DNA of 64,000 bases from Macrostomum lignano (Eukaryota). Every line of letters starts with the position of its first letter. Position 1 is the stretch's first letter. A program made the translations under genes and the position numbers. Positions 1 through 13,046 of this stretch are shown piece after piece. The DNA is taken from NCBI GenBank assembly GCA_002269645.1, contig NIVC01001482.1, forward strand, positions 62,001-126,000. The letters are read 5' to 3'. The notes below the pieces were generated by a model. The model was given only the letters and a program-made list of their open reading frames with translations, had not been told where the DNA came from and did not search any database.

Positions 1-1478
1 ACTCAATCTTGAGCTGGAGAACCCAGATCCTCTCAATGCACAGCCTCTCAGCATCAACTACCCAATCTTGAACTGGAGATCCCGGATCCTCAATGCACAG
101 CCTCTCCGCATCATCTACTCAATCTTGAGCTGGAGAACCCAGATCCTCAATGCACAGCCTCTCCGCATCAACTACCCAATCTTGAGCTGGAGATCCCGGA
201 TCCTCAATGCACAGCCTCTCTGCATCATCTACCCAATCTTGAGCTGGAGATCCCAGATCCTCAATGCACAGCCTCTCTGCATCAACTACCCAATCTTGAG
301 CTGGAGAACCCAGATCCTCAATGCACAGCCTCTCTGCATCATCTACCCAATCTTGAGCTGGAGATCCCAGATCCTCAATCCACAGCCTCTCCGCATCAAC
401 TACCCAATCTTGAGCTGGAGAACCCAGATCCTCAATGCACAGCCTCTCTGCATCATCTACTCAACCTTCACAGCCTTGAGCTGGAGAACCCAGATCATCA
501 ATGCACAGCCTCTCCGCATCATCTACTCAATCTTGAGCTGGAGATCCCAGATCCTCAATGCACAGCCTCTCCGCATCATCTACTCAATCTTGAGCTGGAG
601 ATCCCAGATCCTCAATCCACAGCCTCTCCGCATCAACTACCCAATCTTGAGCTGGAGATCCCAGATCCTCAATCCACAGCCTCTCCGCATCATCTACCCA
701 ATCTTGAGCTGGAGATCCCAGATCCTCAATCCACAGCCTCTCCGCATCAACTACCCAATCTTGAGCTGGAGATCCCAGATCCTCAATCCACCGCCTCTCC
801 GCATAATCTACTCAATCTTGAGCTGGAGATCCCAGATCCTCAATGCACAGCCTCTCCGCATCAACTACCCAATCTTGAGCTGGAGAACCCAGATCCTTAA
901 TGCACAGCCTCTCCGCATCATCTACTCAATCTTGAGCTGGAGATCCCAGATCCTCAATGCACAGCCTCTCCGCATCAACTACCCAATCTTGAGCTGGAGA
1001 TCCCAGATCCTCAATCCACAGCCTCTCCGCATCAACTACCCAATCTTGAGCTGGAGATCCCAGATCCTCAATCCACAGCCTCTCCGCATCATCTACTCAA
1101 TCTTGAGCTGGAGATCCCAGATCCTCAATGCACAGCCTCTCCGCATCATCTACTCAATCTTGAGCTGGACTCTCTGCATCATCTACTCAACCTTTACAGC
1201 CTTGAGCTGGAGAACCCAGATCCTCAATGCACAGCCTCTCTGCATCATCTACTCAATCTTGAGCTGGACTCTCTGCATCATCTACTCAACCTTCACAGCC
1301 TTGAGCTGGAGAACCCAAATCCTCAATGCACAGCCTCTCCGCATCATCTACTCAATCTTGAGCTGGAGAACCCAGATCCTCAATGCACAGCCTCTCTGCA
1401 TCATCTACTCAATCTTGAGCTGGAGAACCCAGATCCTCAATCCACAGCCTCTCTACATCATCTACTCAATCTTGAGTT
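1..1478. repeat. 57-bp tandem array, intronic in Ig gene
   Basis: Unit ACTCAATCTTGAGCTGGAGAACCCAGATCCTCAATGCACAGCCTCTCCGCATCATCT with variant units. It ends about 15 nt from the donor at 1494. Confidence 0.95.
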
Positions 1479-1494
1479 GGGGGGTCCAGCTCAC

Positions 1495-4400
1495 CAGTCA
1501 GATTGAAGACAAAGCCGCTTCGACCAGCCACATTGCTGGCCACGCACTGGTACAGGCCGCGGTTGCTGGGGCGAAAACTTCGTATGAGCAGATCGGAAAT
1601 GTGCAGAGAACCAACGGCGCTGCTGTACAGGAACTGCGGATGGAGTGGCTTGGGTGATTTAATGCATGGCTAGGCAGGAGATACAGTGTCTCTATCCAGT
1701 GTCTCTATCCAGTGTCTCTATCCAGTGTCTCTATCCAGTGTCTCTATCCAGTGTCTCTATCCAGTGTCTCTATCCAGTGTCTCTATCCAGTGTCTCTATC
1801 CAGTGTCTCTATCCAGTGTCTCTATCCAGTGTCTCTATCCAGTGTCTCTATCCAGTGTCTCTATCCAGTGTCTCTATCCAGTGTCTCTATCCAGTGTCTC
1901 TATCCAGTGTCTCTATCCAGTCTCTATCCAGTGTCTATCCAGTGTCTCTATCCAGTGTCTCTATCCAGTGTCTCCAAACTCGGTGCTCACGAGATTGGGG
2001 TCGGCAAAAGGCATCAGCTGGGTGCCATTGCGCAGCCAGGTGAAGCGGAGGCTCTCGCCTCGCGAACTACAGGCCAGGGTGAAGCTCTCGCCGTCACGGG
2101 GTGTCGCCCGTGGATTGTCGGCCCTTAAAGCTGAGCGGATGCCGTTGTAGGTGGCGGTGATGGGGCCTGGCGGAGCTGCGGGTGATTGGGACAAAATTTC
2201 GATTGACGGCGGAAGCGACAGCGGAAGCGACAGCGGAAGCGACAGCGGAAGCGACAGCGGAAGCGACAGCGGAAGCGACAGCGGAAGCGACAGCGGAAGC
2301 GACAGCGGAAGCGACAGCGGAAGCGACAGCGGAAGCGACAGCGGAAGCGACAGCGGAAGCGACAGCGGAAGCGACAGCGGAAGCGACAGCGGAAGCGACA
2401 GCGGAAGCGACAGCGGAAGCGACAGCGGAAGCGACAGCGGAAGCGACAGCGGAAGCGACAGCGGAAGCGACAGCGGAAGCGACAGCGGAAGCGACAGCGG
2501 AAGCGACAGCGGAAGCGACAGCGGAAGCGACAGCGGAAGCGACAGCGGAAGCGACAGCGGAAGCGACAGCGGAAGCGACAGCGGAAGCGACAGCGGAAGC
2601 GACAGCGGAAGCGACAGCGGAAGCGACAGCGGAAGCGACAGCGGAAGCGACAGCGGAAGCGACAGCGGAAGCGACAGCGGAAGCGACAGCGGAAGCGACA
2701 GCGGAAGCGACAGCGGAAGCGACAGCGGAAGCGACAGCGGAAGCGACAGCGGAAGCGACAGCGGAAGCGACAGCGGAAGCGACAGCGGAAGCGACAGCGG
2801 AAGATTATTCAGTGAAAATGTCGCCGCCTAATTTTACTGAAAACGACTCTGCTAGTGCTTTAAATACTACTTTCAATAGACTATTGCTTTTCCATTGCTC
2901 TCTTACGCATCGTAGCATTGATGAGGTCAAGCCGGAAGCTGGCAGTCCATTCTGGATCCAATTGATTGTTAACGTGGCAGGTGAAAATACACCGAGCCGT
3001 TTCAATGGTGACGTTGTTTAGTTCGTATGCGGACCCCTACGTGAGTGAATAAGTTTGAAAGAATTTTAATCAAAATTTCTTCAAAAGCTCCAAATCTCCC
3101 CGAACTCCAAATCTCCTCAAACTCCAAATCTCCCCAACCCAAATCTCCCCAAACTACAAATCTCCCCCAACTTCAAATCTCCCTAAACTCTAAATCTCCC
3201 AAAACTCTAAATCTCCCCAAACCCCATATCTCCCAAAATTCTGAATCACAGAGTCCCACTCACACCGAACTCATGGCGGGTGGGTTTCACAAACGCGAAA
3301 CTTCACAACCGCTAAAAATTTAGCACTTGCTTTCATATACTGCAGTCTTTTTAGCGGTTGTGAAGTTTCGCGGTTATGAAGTATCGCGGTTGTGAAAGTA
3401 GATGACAGTTAGCGGTTTTGAAGTTTCGCGTTTGTGAAGTTTCACGGTTGTGAAAGTAGGTGATTTAGCGGTTTTGAAATTTCGCGTTTGTGAAAGCAAC
3501 CCGCTGCTCCTCACGACAGCAAACCCCTATGCCGCTGGAACACCCACCCATGCCAGCACCGATGGTCGGGCAGGCTGGCTTTCATCCTCCAGCCGGCGGC
3601 TCCAGTGCACCGAGGTGGGCGGGAAATTCCTGACGTTACCTTCGCCGCCGCCTCCGCCACCGCCGCTACAGTCCAGGGTCGCCCGGCCGCCCAGCTGCAC
3701 CGCCACTCGCCCGCCGCCACTGCTGCTGCTGGGCGAGAAAAGTACAGGCTCTGCGGGGGAGAACGAGGTATCCATTTAGATTGAGAAGAACTTGCTTTTA
3801 TCTAGATTTGAGACTCCTCCTTCAATCCCCAGCCTTCCCTCCCCAGTCTTCCCTCCCCAGTCTTCCCTCCCCAGTCTTCCCTCCCCAGTCTTCCCTCCCC
3901 AGTCTTCCCTCCCCAGTCTTCCCTCCCCAGTCTTCCCTCCCCAGTCTTCCCTCCCCAGTCTTCCCTCCCCAGTCTTCCCTCCCCAGTCTTCCCTCCCCAG
4001 TCTTCCCTCCCCAGTCTTCCCTCCCCAGTCTTCCCTCCCCAGTCTTCCCTCCCCAGTCTTCCCTCCCCAGTCTTCCCTCCCCAGTCTTCCCTCCCCAGTC
4101 TTCCCTACCCAGTCTTCCCTCCCCAGTCTTCCCTCCCCAGTCTTCCCTCCCCAGTCTTCCCTCCCCTGCCTTCCCTCCCCAGTCTTCCCTCCCCTGCCTT
4201 CCATCCCCTTCCCTTAACTTCAGGTTAATTTCCTATGATAGGCACTGCAGCTCACCAGATATTCATCAATCAAAAAAAGCACTCAACGCTTCCATGACTC
4301 ACTGACAACTTTCAGGTAGAAGGCCTGCACGCTAGCGGGATGCAGGTTGGTCTTGCAGATGAAATAAGTGTCAGTGAGCTGCCGCGGCAGGTTCTCCAGC

Positions 4401-6718
4401 ACCAGGATGCTGCTCGGGGCCACAGACATGGGGTTCAGCAGCTTGTAGGCAAACACGTTGCCACCATCAAATCGCAGCACAGTGCCGTCGGCGACTGGCT
4501 CCTCCCTGGCCGGCTGCGCCTTCGACGATGCGTTCGGCGAGTAGGAGAACCAGACCACCTGGTTGGGGTGGCGGAGGCGTCTGCTCAGCAGTGAGCTAGG
4601 ATACTGAGATATCTATTTTCAGCAGTGAGCCAGGATACTGAGACATCTATTCTCAGCAGTGAGCTAGGATACTGAGACATCTATACTCAGCAGTGAGCTA
4701 GGATACTGAGACATCTATACTCAGCAGTGAGCTAGGATACTGAGACATCTATACTCAGCAGTGAGCTAGGATACTGAGACATCTATTCTCAGCAGTGAGC
4801 TAGGATACTGAGACATCTATTCTCAGCAGTGAGCTAGGATACTGAGATATCTATTCTCAGCAGTGAGCTAGGATACTGAGACATCTATTCTCAGCAGTGA
4901 GCTAGGATACTGAGACATCTATTCTCAGCAGTGAGCTAGGATACTGAGACATCTATTCTCAGCAGTGAGCTAGGATACTGAGACATCTATTCTCAGCAGT
5001 GAGCTAGGATACTGAGACATCTATTCTCAGCAGTGAGCTAGGATACTGAGACATCTATTCTCAGCAGTGAGCTAGGATACTGAGACATCTATTCTCAGCA
5101 GTGAGCTAGGATACTGAGACATCTATTCTCAGCAGTGAGCTAGGATACTGAGACATCTATTCTCAGCAGTGAGCTAGGATACTGAGACATCTATTCTCAG
5201 CAGTGAGCTAGGATACTGAGACATCTATTCTCAGCAGTGAGCTAGGATACTGAGACATCTATTCTCAGCAGTGAGCTAGGATACTGAGACATCTATTCTC
5301 AGCAGTGAGCTAGGATACTGAGACATCTATACTCAATTAGCTAGGTGCTAAAGCAGATAGAGTTACTCACTGGTGAATAGAAAGTCTTCTTCCAATGCTT
5401 CCCTGTTGTGAACAGATTATCAAACGAACAGGTGATGGCCTTTGTCTCGCCTTCAGCAGCGACAACGACTTCTCGGACGTACTTGTAGGGCGACCGGGCT
5501 TGAATCTGCTGCAGACTGATGCCCAGGAGGCTGCTGTCTGCAGTGAGAAAGTCAGGTGTCTCAGTCACCACAGTGCAATCACCTGTGTGTCTGTCTCACC
5601 CATCAAGTCATCTCAGTCACCACAGTGCAATCACCTGTGTGTCTGTCTCACCCATCAAGTCATCTCAGTCACCACAGTGCAATCACCTGTGTGTCTGTCT
5701 CACCCATCAAGTCATCTCAGTCACCACAGTGCAATCACCTGTGTGTCTGTCTCACCCATCAAGTCATCTCAGTCACCACAGTGCAATCACCTGTGTGTCT
5801 GTCTCACCCATCAAGTCATCTCAGTCACCACAATGCAATCACTTGTGTGTCTGTCTCACCCATCAAGTCATCTCAGTCACCACAGTGCAATCACCTGTGT
5901 GTCTGTCTCACCCATCAAGTCATCTCAGTCACCACAGTGCAATCACCTGTGTGTCTGTCTCACCCATCAAGTCATCTCAGTCACCACAGTGCAATCACCT
6001 GTGTGTCTGTCTCACCCATCAAGTCATCTCAGTCACCACAGTGCAATCACCTGTGTGTCTGTCTCACCCATCAAGTCATCTCAGTCACCACAGTGCAATC
6101 ACCTGTGTGTCTGTCTCACCCATCAAGTCATCTCAGTCACCACAGTGCAATCACCTGTGTGTCTGTCTCACCCATCAAGTCATCTCAGTCACCACAGTGC
6201 AATCACTTGTGTGTCTGTCTCACCCATCAAGTCATCTCAGTCACCACAGTGCAATCACCTGTGTGTCTGTCTCACCCATCAAGTCATCTCAGTCACCACA
6301 GTGCAATCACCTGTGTGTCTGTCTCACCCATCAAGTCATCTCAGTCACCACAGTGCAATCACCTGTGTGTCTGTCTCACCCATCAAGTCATCTCAGTCAC
6401 CACAGTGCAATCACCTGTGTGTCTGTCTCACCCATCAAGTCATCTCAGTCACCACAGTGCAATCACCTGTGTGTCTGTCTCACCCATCAAGTCATCTCAG
6501 TCACCACAGTGCAATCACCTGTGTGTCTGTCTCACCCATCAAGTCATCTCAGTCACCACAGTGCAATCACCTGTGTGTCTGTCTCACCCATCAAGTCATC
6601 TCAGTCACCACAGTGCAATCACCTGTGTGTCTGTCTCACCCATCAAGCTCGCAGAAGACTCTCCAGTTAAAATCAAAGCTGAAAAGCATGTCGCAATCAG
6701 AAGTGCTTTGACAAACAT
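1495..6718 (-). CDS. Ig-superfamily protein (signal peptide + at least 3 Ig-like domains), 3'-partial; continues beyond position 1
   Basis: Phase-consistent GT-AG exons: 6718-6640, 5537-5371, 4558-4303, 3750-3548, 3036-2907, 2175-1991, 1669-1495. The N-terminus [23 protein letters not shown] is a signal peptide. Three C...W...C Ig units are present: AITCSF..VVWF..FICKT; [19 protein letters not shown]; [26 protein letters not shown]. Phase-1 introns fall at domain borders. Confidence 0.85.
1684..1974. repeat. 13-bp tandem array (CAGTGTCTCTATC)n in Ig intron 1670-1990
   Basis: Direct reading; fills nearly the whole intron. Confidence 0.95.
2209..2803. repeat. 12-bp tandem array (GCGGAAGCGACA)n in Ig intron 2176-2906
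   Basis: About 49 essentially perfect units. Confidence 0.95.
3276..3504. mobile_element. Small foldback/MITE-like element with subrepeated arms, in Ig intron
   Basis: The left arm GCGGGTGGGTTTCACAAACGCGAAACTTCACAACCGCT is the inverted copy of the right end AGCGGTTTTGAAATTTCGCGTTTGTGAAAGCAACCCGC. The right arm has about 3 subrepeats. TG flanks both ends. Confidence 0.6.
3826..4202. repeat. 15-bp C-rich array (CCCCAGTCTTCCCTC)n in Ig intron
   Basis: Direct reading. Confidence 0.95.
4584..5335. repeat. 34-bp tandem array in Ig intron 4559-5370
   Basis: Unit CTCAGCAGTGAGCTAGGATACTGAGACATCTATT, about 22 copies. Confidence 0.95.
5559..6647. repeat. 52-bp tandem array overlapping the exon-1 donor of the Ig gene
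   Basis: Unit TCAGTCACCACAGTGCAATCACCTGTGTGTCTGTCTCACCCATCAAGTCATC, about 21 copies. The last copy runs 8 nt into the coding exon. Confidence 0.95.
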
Positions 6719-7565
6719 TTCCTGACGAAGCCGCGCGTGACTGCCTGCAGTTCAGGGGTTCGAACAACAAAGTCAAGTAAATCCAATCGTCTTGCACAGA
6801 CGCACAAAAAGTGCAACACGCAGACAACAGGGGGGATTTTTCTCCCCTCTTGACGCCGCTCTTTTTGACTAGGTGGGCCGGCCCTATTTATTTTTCTCCT
6901 TGATGTTCAAAGGAACTAGCTTGTAGGCAGGGAGGGGGTTTCGATTGGGTAGCAGCGGCGCTTTCGCCAGAATTTCAGCTTTTTTCATATCCTGGAAGCT
7001 TCTTCAGTGCCTCGGGAGTTAGCCGGGTAGACAAGAGAGGGGATGTGCTGCAAGGAAGGATCATTTGTCTGGACCGAACTAGGGGGCTCCGGATCAGACA
7101 CAACCCATGCCCATCTGCTTCTCACTAATAAACTAATTAAGCTTCCATGAAAATTCTATTAAGGATTTTTTTACCTAACCAGAGTCAAGGAAATGACTTA
7201 CTTTACTGCGCTGTAAACTGAGCAAGCCAGCTGGTACCAAGCGGAACTACTCACTGAAGGGATCTGTGAGATGTTTTATGACTGGAGCCAACTCAATCAA
7301 TAATTTATGCCGCTCTGCCGCAGTACCGCCAGCAGCAGCTGCTTCTGACATGCTGCTGGCCACTGAGAGTTTTCTGCATTCATCTCATGGTATTGTCGGC
7401 AACTGCGCTGCTTATCTTGATGGAGCACGACGCCATGTGACGGTAGTCAGACTGCTCCCATGTGCATTGTCATCAAGCTATTATCACTTCACTGGCACAC
7501 TACTCATAGTAGAATGTTGAAGTAGTTTTTTGCTCAGACGTGTATTTCTTCAGAAATTTAAAGCT

Positions 7566-8364
7566 CCCGATCCCAGATCCCGATCCCAGATCCCGATCCC
7601 AGATCCCGATCCCAGATCCCGATCCCAGATCCCGATCCCAGATCCCGATCCCAGATCCCGATCCCAGATCCCGATCCCAGATCCCGATCCCAGATCCCGA
7701 TCCCAGATCCCGATCCCAGATCCCGATCCCAGATCCCGATCCCAGATCCCGATCCCAGATCCCGATCCCAGATCCCGATCCCAGATCCCGATCCCAGATC
7801 CCGATCCCAGATCCCGATCCCAGATCCCGATCCCAGATCCCGATCCCAGATCCCGATCCCAGATCCCGATCCCAGATCCCGATCCCAGATCCCGATCCCA
7901 GATCCCGATCCCAGATCCCGATCCCAGATCCCGATCCCAGATCCCGATCCCAGATCCCGATCCCAGATCCCGATCCCAGATCCCGATCCCAGATCCCGAT
8001 CCCAGATCCCGATCCCAGATCCCGATCCCAGATCCCGATCCCAGATCCCGATCCCAGATCCCGATCCCAGATCCCGATCCCAGATCCCGATCCCAGATCC
8101 CGATCCCAGATCCCGATCCCAGATCCCGATCCCAGATCCCGATCCCAGATCCCGATCCCAGATCCCGATCCCAGATCCCGATCCCAGATCCCGATCCCAG
8201 ATCCCGATCCCAGATCCCGATCCCAGATCCCGATCCCAGATCCCGATCCCAGATCCCGATCCCAGATCCCGATCCCAGATCCCGATCCCAGATCCCGATC
8301 CCAGATCCCGATCCCAGATCCCGATCCCAGATCCCGATCCCAGATCCCGATCCCAGATCCCAGA
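7566..8364. repeat. 13-bp tandem array (GATCCCAGATCCC)n, intergenic
   Basis: About 61 perfect units. Confidence 0.95.
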
Positions 8365-8784
8365 CCATATTAGATGGTGATCAACTATCAGAAATAAACA
8401 TTCAAACGTTGATGGAATTTCCCACCATTTTGCTCATCCTCATTCTTATCAATGGCCTCAAGCCGCCTCGCCTGCTACTCTGGAAAATTCCAGTCAATTA
8501 AATTCCTAATAGAATGGGATAAATTCTTTGCAGCATCACCATTCCGCTGCATCATGGCTGGGGCTACTAAATGATTGAAGAGGCATTCTGCCATTCTGTC
8601 AGCTGGGGTTGCTGCTGGTCTGGTGCGTCTCAGGGGGCTTAGGGAGGCTGTTAAAAAAGTTCAACGGACAGAAATTTCCAATCATTAAAAAAGCCGCCAC
8701 AGTGGCGCCCCGAGAAGCATTTATCTTCGGATGTTTTATGAATTCCAAGTTTTTTTCCAATTTAATTTTTCCCTTTTTTTTGAA

Positions 8785-9746
8785 ATGTGGCTCTTTCTGT
8801 TGCTGTCTCTCGGCGTCTGCTGCTCAACAGTCGCGACCGCCTCCATGTCGAGCAAAAGTTCTTTCTCCAAGCTGGACATCTGTCCGGCGACTGACAAACT
8901 GGCGGAACTCGCCAAGCTGCAGGGCGCTCAGGATCCGAGGACCTGCTTCGTTGAGTGCGCCATCGAACCCACCTGCTTCGTGCTGTACCGCTCTGGCGGC
9001 ACCTGCTACTTCGGCACCGCTGAGCAGCGGGACAGCCTCTTTACTCTGACCGTGTCGCCGAACTCCGATCCATGCGAGAGCTTCGCTAAGAGCGTCCAGT
9101 CCAAGCTGGTGGTGCTGTTCGACTTCCGGCAGGGTCAGTCCGAACCAACCTGGTCAGTCCGGGCACCTTCGACGCCGCACCCCACGGAGGCGTCACCAGG
9201 GACAGCCTGGGCGCCCACTTTGCCGGAACGGCTGCCGACTACATCGAAGTGGACACGCGCAGCGGATCCCTGGCTGCTGACTACCTGGACCATCCCAACA
9301 ACTTTACCTTCTACGCCATGGTAGTCAGAGAGACATACTACCAAGCCTCTTACCACTGCTTCTACGATTGCGTGAACGCAGCTTCATCGAAAATGGCGTA
9401 CTTCGGCGATCGCGGGGAGAAGGCCTGGGTTCAGCACCAGTTCCTGAGCGCGGGCACCGCCGAGACTCGACAGTCGGCCAAAATTGCCACAGGCAGCGCG
9501 CCTCTGGCCATCTCTCTCGGAGCTGTTTTCAACGGCAAGACGCTGAGCCATTTCCATTTCAACGGCACGTACCTGGCGACTGAAGATGCCATGAATTGGG
9601 GAACCTACGATACGCCTAAGTGCCTGCGACTCGGCTTCAACAAGGATGCGAGCGCCGGCCTCAAGGGCCGCATCATCTGCTACGCCATCGCCAAGGCTGC
9701 CCTGAGCACCGCTGAGTTGAAGCAGCTGGAGCAGATCTGCTCCTAG
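8785..9746 (+). pseudogene. PAN/Apple + ConA/LamG-like paralog 1, frameshifted (pseudogene or assembly error)
   Basis: ATG at 8785 (MWLFLLLSLGVCC, signal peptide) and a PAN Cys pattern. After FDFRQG the paralog-matching frame (NLVSPGTFDAAPHGG..YIEVDT..QLEQICS*) is shifted by a net +5 nt at 9136-9146. Confidence 0.8.
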
Positions 9747-10248
9747 AAGGTGGTTTTTAAATGTCTAAGAAAAGCCAGAAAAGAAAATTGAAACTTAATT
9801 CATTTTGCAGCTATCGAAGAACTTTTATTTAAAAAATATACGAGTAAAACACCGCAATAGCGTCACTTTTGCAACAAACAAAATTTTTCTTTTAAAGCTA
9901 CTTTTTGAGTAGTATGATGCGATTTTTTCGGATCCAGAAAGAATGAAGTTGATTGAAACAATTTTTTAAAACTTGAGTTAATCTGTGATAAAAAATCTGA
10001 AACTAGCTCGTAACTATTTAAATTTTTCGCCTTTTTGACTAAAACTATATTGTGTACTTTTTTATCGCTCCTGAAAAACAATATACTGGTACTTCGTACC
10101 AACAATTGCAATGTACGACTCGTACTTACGCTCGTATGTGCAATAAACACTGGTTCAAATTTTAAGAACTTCTTGTTAGAACAATGTTTATCAACTGTCA
10201 TCCGAATGGCCTTTTTAATTTATGTGGATTTGAAAAAAGAACTAACTT

Positions 10249-10624
<376 letters not shown>

Positions 10625-11227
10625 ATTGGCTGATTAGATACCATGCTAGAGTTGGGTCTACGAATTCTGATTGCAGAAAGTTTGCTTACAAAGCTTCCGG
10701 TAGAGTTTTAAGAAAAGTTACAGAGCTTTAAAAACTTAAAAACACTGCTCACTTTAAAACGCCAGCGTTTGCCTTGAAAAGTTTTGGTATGACTACATTT
10801 TCAGCAGCAGCAAAGGTATCCAAAGAGAACACAGGCTGCAGCTGCAGCTGCTTGTGAATACATCCAGCTAGCTAAAACGGGAATATTGGGGATGAATTGA
10901 CACAAGCTTAGGCGCTGAACTGGCTGTGGATTTTCTGAGTCTTGACTGATTTTACTTCTGCTCAGCTTCTTCAGTCAGTGGAATCTCTGCACTGTTAAAT
11001 CAGATTCCATATCGGCAACGATAGATCAGATTCCCTCTCAGCACTGCTAGATCAGATGCTGAAACAGCACGTGAGCCTTCTGCGAAATTTTATCTTTCAA
11101 CCTTATCTTTACTCTTCGGGAATTAAGGAAAAGTTCAGCCTAAAAGACAGCATCAGTTTGGCATTTTTCATGCCTTAAGAGCCAAAGATAGACAAGTAGG
11201 ATGGGGTGGTTGAGTTGAGTTTTTTAA

Positions 11228-11234
11228 TATAAAA
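11228..11234 (+). promoter_or_regulatory. Putative TATA box of paralog 2
   Basis: TATAAAA about 50 nt upstream of the ATG at 11281. Confidence 0.5.
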
Positions 11235-11280
11235 AGGGGACTCAGCAACAGCTTCCCCACCTGCCTAACTTCTGCAAGCC

Positions 11281-12270
11281 ATGCAGCACCAGCTCTCCTC
11301 AAGCATTCTGGCTCTCCTCTGCCTCTGCGCAGCGGTGGCCACCGGCTTCAACCAGCGAGTCTCGTTTAGGCAGCTGGCCGTGTGTCCCAGCACCGCCAGC
11401 CTGCCTCAGCTCGACAAGCTGGAGGGCGCTCAGGATCCGAGGACCTGCCAGGTGCAGTGCGCCACCAGCCCCAACTGCTCCGTGCTGCACCGCACAGGCG
11501 GCACCTGCTACTTCGGCACCAGCGAGCAGCGGACCAGCCTCTTTACTCTGACATCACCGCCGGGCGCCGATCCGTGCGTGAGCTTCGAGAAGGTCAGCAG
11601 CATCATGTCGAAGATTGTACTGGCCTTCGACTTCCGGCAGGGCTTCAGCAATCTCGCCAGCCCGGGAACCTTCGATGCCACGCCTCGCGGAGCGGTGACC
11701 AGGGACGCTCAGGGAGCTCACTTTCCGGGCGCTGTCGCCGATTACATCGAGGTGGACACAATGAGCGGGTCCTTGATCTCCACTTACCTGGACCATCCCA
11801 GCAACTTTTCATTCTTCGCCAAGGTCGTTCGTCAGGACCAGTACGAGACCAGCTACCACTGTTTCCATAACTCCGTGTTGGATAATTCGGAACAACTGCT
11901 GTACTTTGGAGACCGCGACTGGCGTGCTTGGGTGCAGCACAAGTTCCTGTCTCTGAGTGGCTCATCCCACTTTGAGAGTGCTGAGACCCGCCAGTCTGCC
12001 CAGATTGTGCCAGTCGGTTCGACCCAGGCCATCTCGCTCGGAGCCGTGTTCCACGGCAAGACGCTGAACAATTTCTACTTCAACGGCTCTGACTTGGCAA
12101 CCCAGTCGGATCTCGGCTGGGGATCGTACACCGAGCCTCGGCTTCTCCGTCTGGGCTATCATTCGAATCCAAGTCACACCTTGAAAGGTCGCATGATCTG
12201 CTACATGATCGCCAAGACCGCTCTGAGCACCGCTGAGTTCCTCCAGCTTGAGCAGCTGTGCCCGTGGTAG
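11281..12270 (+). CDS. Secreted PAN/Apple + ConA/LamG/pentraxin-like protein, paralog 2 (329 aa, intronless)
   Basis: Hydrophobic signal peptide; C..CxxxC..C..C..C PAN-like pattern; then VLAFDF..GAHF..DYIEV..FSFFAKV..LRLGY..LKGRMICY, resembling LamG/pentraxin beta-sandwich motifs. The domain names come from motif recognition, not a search. Confidence 0.85.
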   Translation: MQHQLSSSILALLCLCAAVATGFNQRVSFRQLAVCPSTASLPQLDKLEGAQDPRTCQVQCATSPNCSVLHRTGGTCYFGTSEQRTSLFTLTSPPGADPCVSFEKVSSIMSKIVLAFDFRQGFSNLASPGTFDATPRGAVTRDAQGAHFPGAVADYIEVDTMSGSLISTYLDHPSNFSFFAKVVRQDQYETSYHCFHNSVLDNSEQLLYFGDRDWRAWVQHKFLSLSGSSHFESAETRQSAQIVPVGSTQAISLGAVFHGKTLNNFYFNGSDLATQSDLGWGSYTEPRLLRLGYHSNPSHTLKGRMICYMIAKTALSTAEFLQLEQLCPW

Positions 12271-12681
12271 AGAGCTGCTGGCAGCAGACTGTGACGTCCT
12301 CGGTTGACAAGAGGTTTAAAAACTTTTACTTTGAACTACGGAGCTACATCCAGAAAAATAACTAGATTAGATAGGACAAACGATCTGCAGTGTAGGACTC
12401 TGTTTATTTGTTTTTGTGCTGGCGCATCCCTTAGAACCTCTTTTTGCCTGTTGTTAAGCAAAGATTAAAACAAGAACAGTTCTGTTGGCGTCACTTCAAT
12501 GTTTAAAAAAGTAAGCTATCATGCATTATAACAAAGCAATATAAAGACAAAATTGTCCTCTTTTTGAAGGTAAAAAACAGTTAGAATGTGTATTTGACTT
12601 GGTTTCTTGATGCAGGGTCCAAGAAATAACTCAAGGCCGAAAGTAATTTCAAAATTTTTTGATGATGAGATAAACGAGGTA

Positions 12682-13046
12682 TTTTATTTTTATTAGAGGC
12701 AGGGGGGTTGTGTGCACCCTGGCGCACTTTAAGCGACATAGGCACACAACCGGCGAGAGGCATTACTGCCCATTCCGCCGACTCCCCTGAGCAGGCATAC
12801 AAGCGCGCGGATACGTACGCAGGCACACACTCACACAGGAGTGTACAGCGGCCCTAACTTTATATTATCGTTAGGCATGTACACTTCACTGCGCCTTGGG
12901 GGGCTGGCTCTCAAGGCCGTTAATTGCACGAGCAGAGCCAAGCCGAGATTCCAATTCAGCCCCAAATTAATGTGACTGCACTTGGAATCGAGCCTGGGTC
13001 GCTGGCACACCAGAGCAGCTGCGCTACCGCTGGGCTACGGCCCCCC
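12682..13046 (-). mobile_element. tRNA-derived SINE (family A), copy 1
   Basis: Reverse-complement match to 22654-23014; A-rich tail; 13-bp TSD GATAAACGAGGTA at 12669-12681 and 13047-13059. Confidence 0.9.

Noticed and set aside
4559-4582. Alternative Ig-gene acceptor at 4581-4582
   Set aside because: It requires phase 2, but the upstream donor at 5370 is phase 0; the acceptor at 4559-4560 fits.
68-8501. Long ORFs such as 68-1657, 2151-2831, 5395-6711 and 7530-8501
   Set aside because: They are translations of tandem arrays lacking stops, and most lie antisense within Ig-gene introns.
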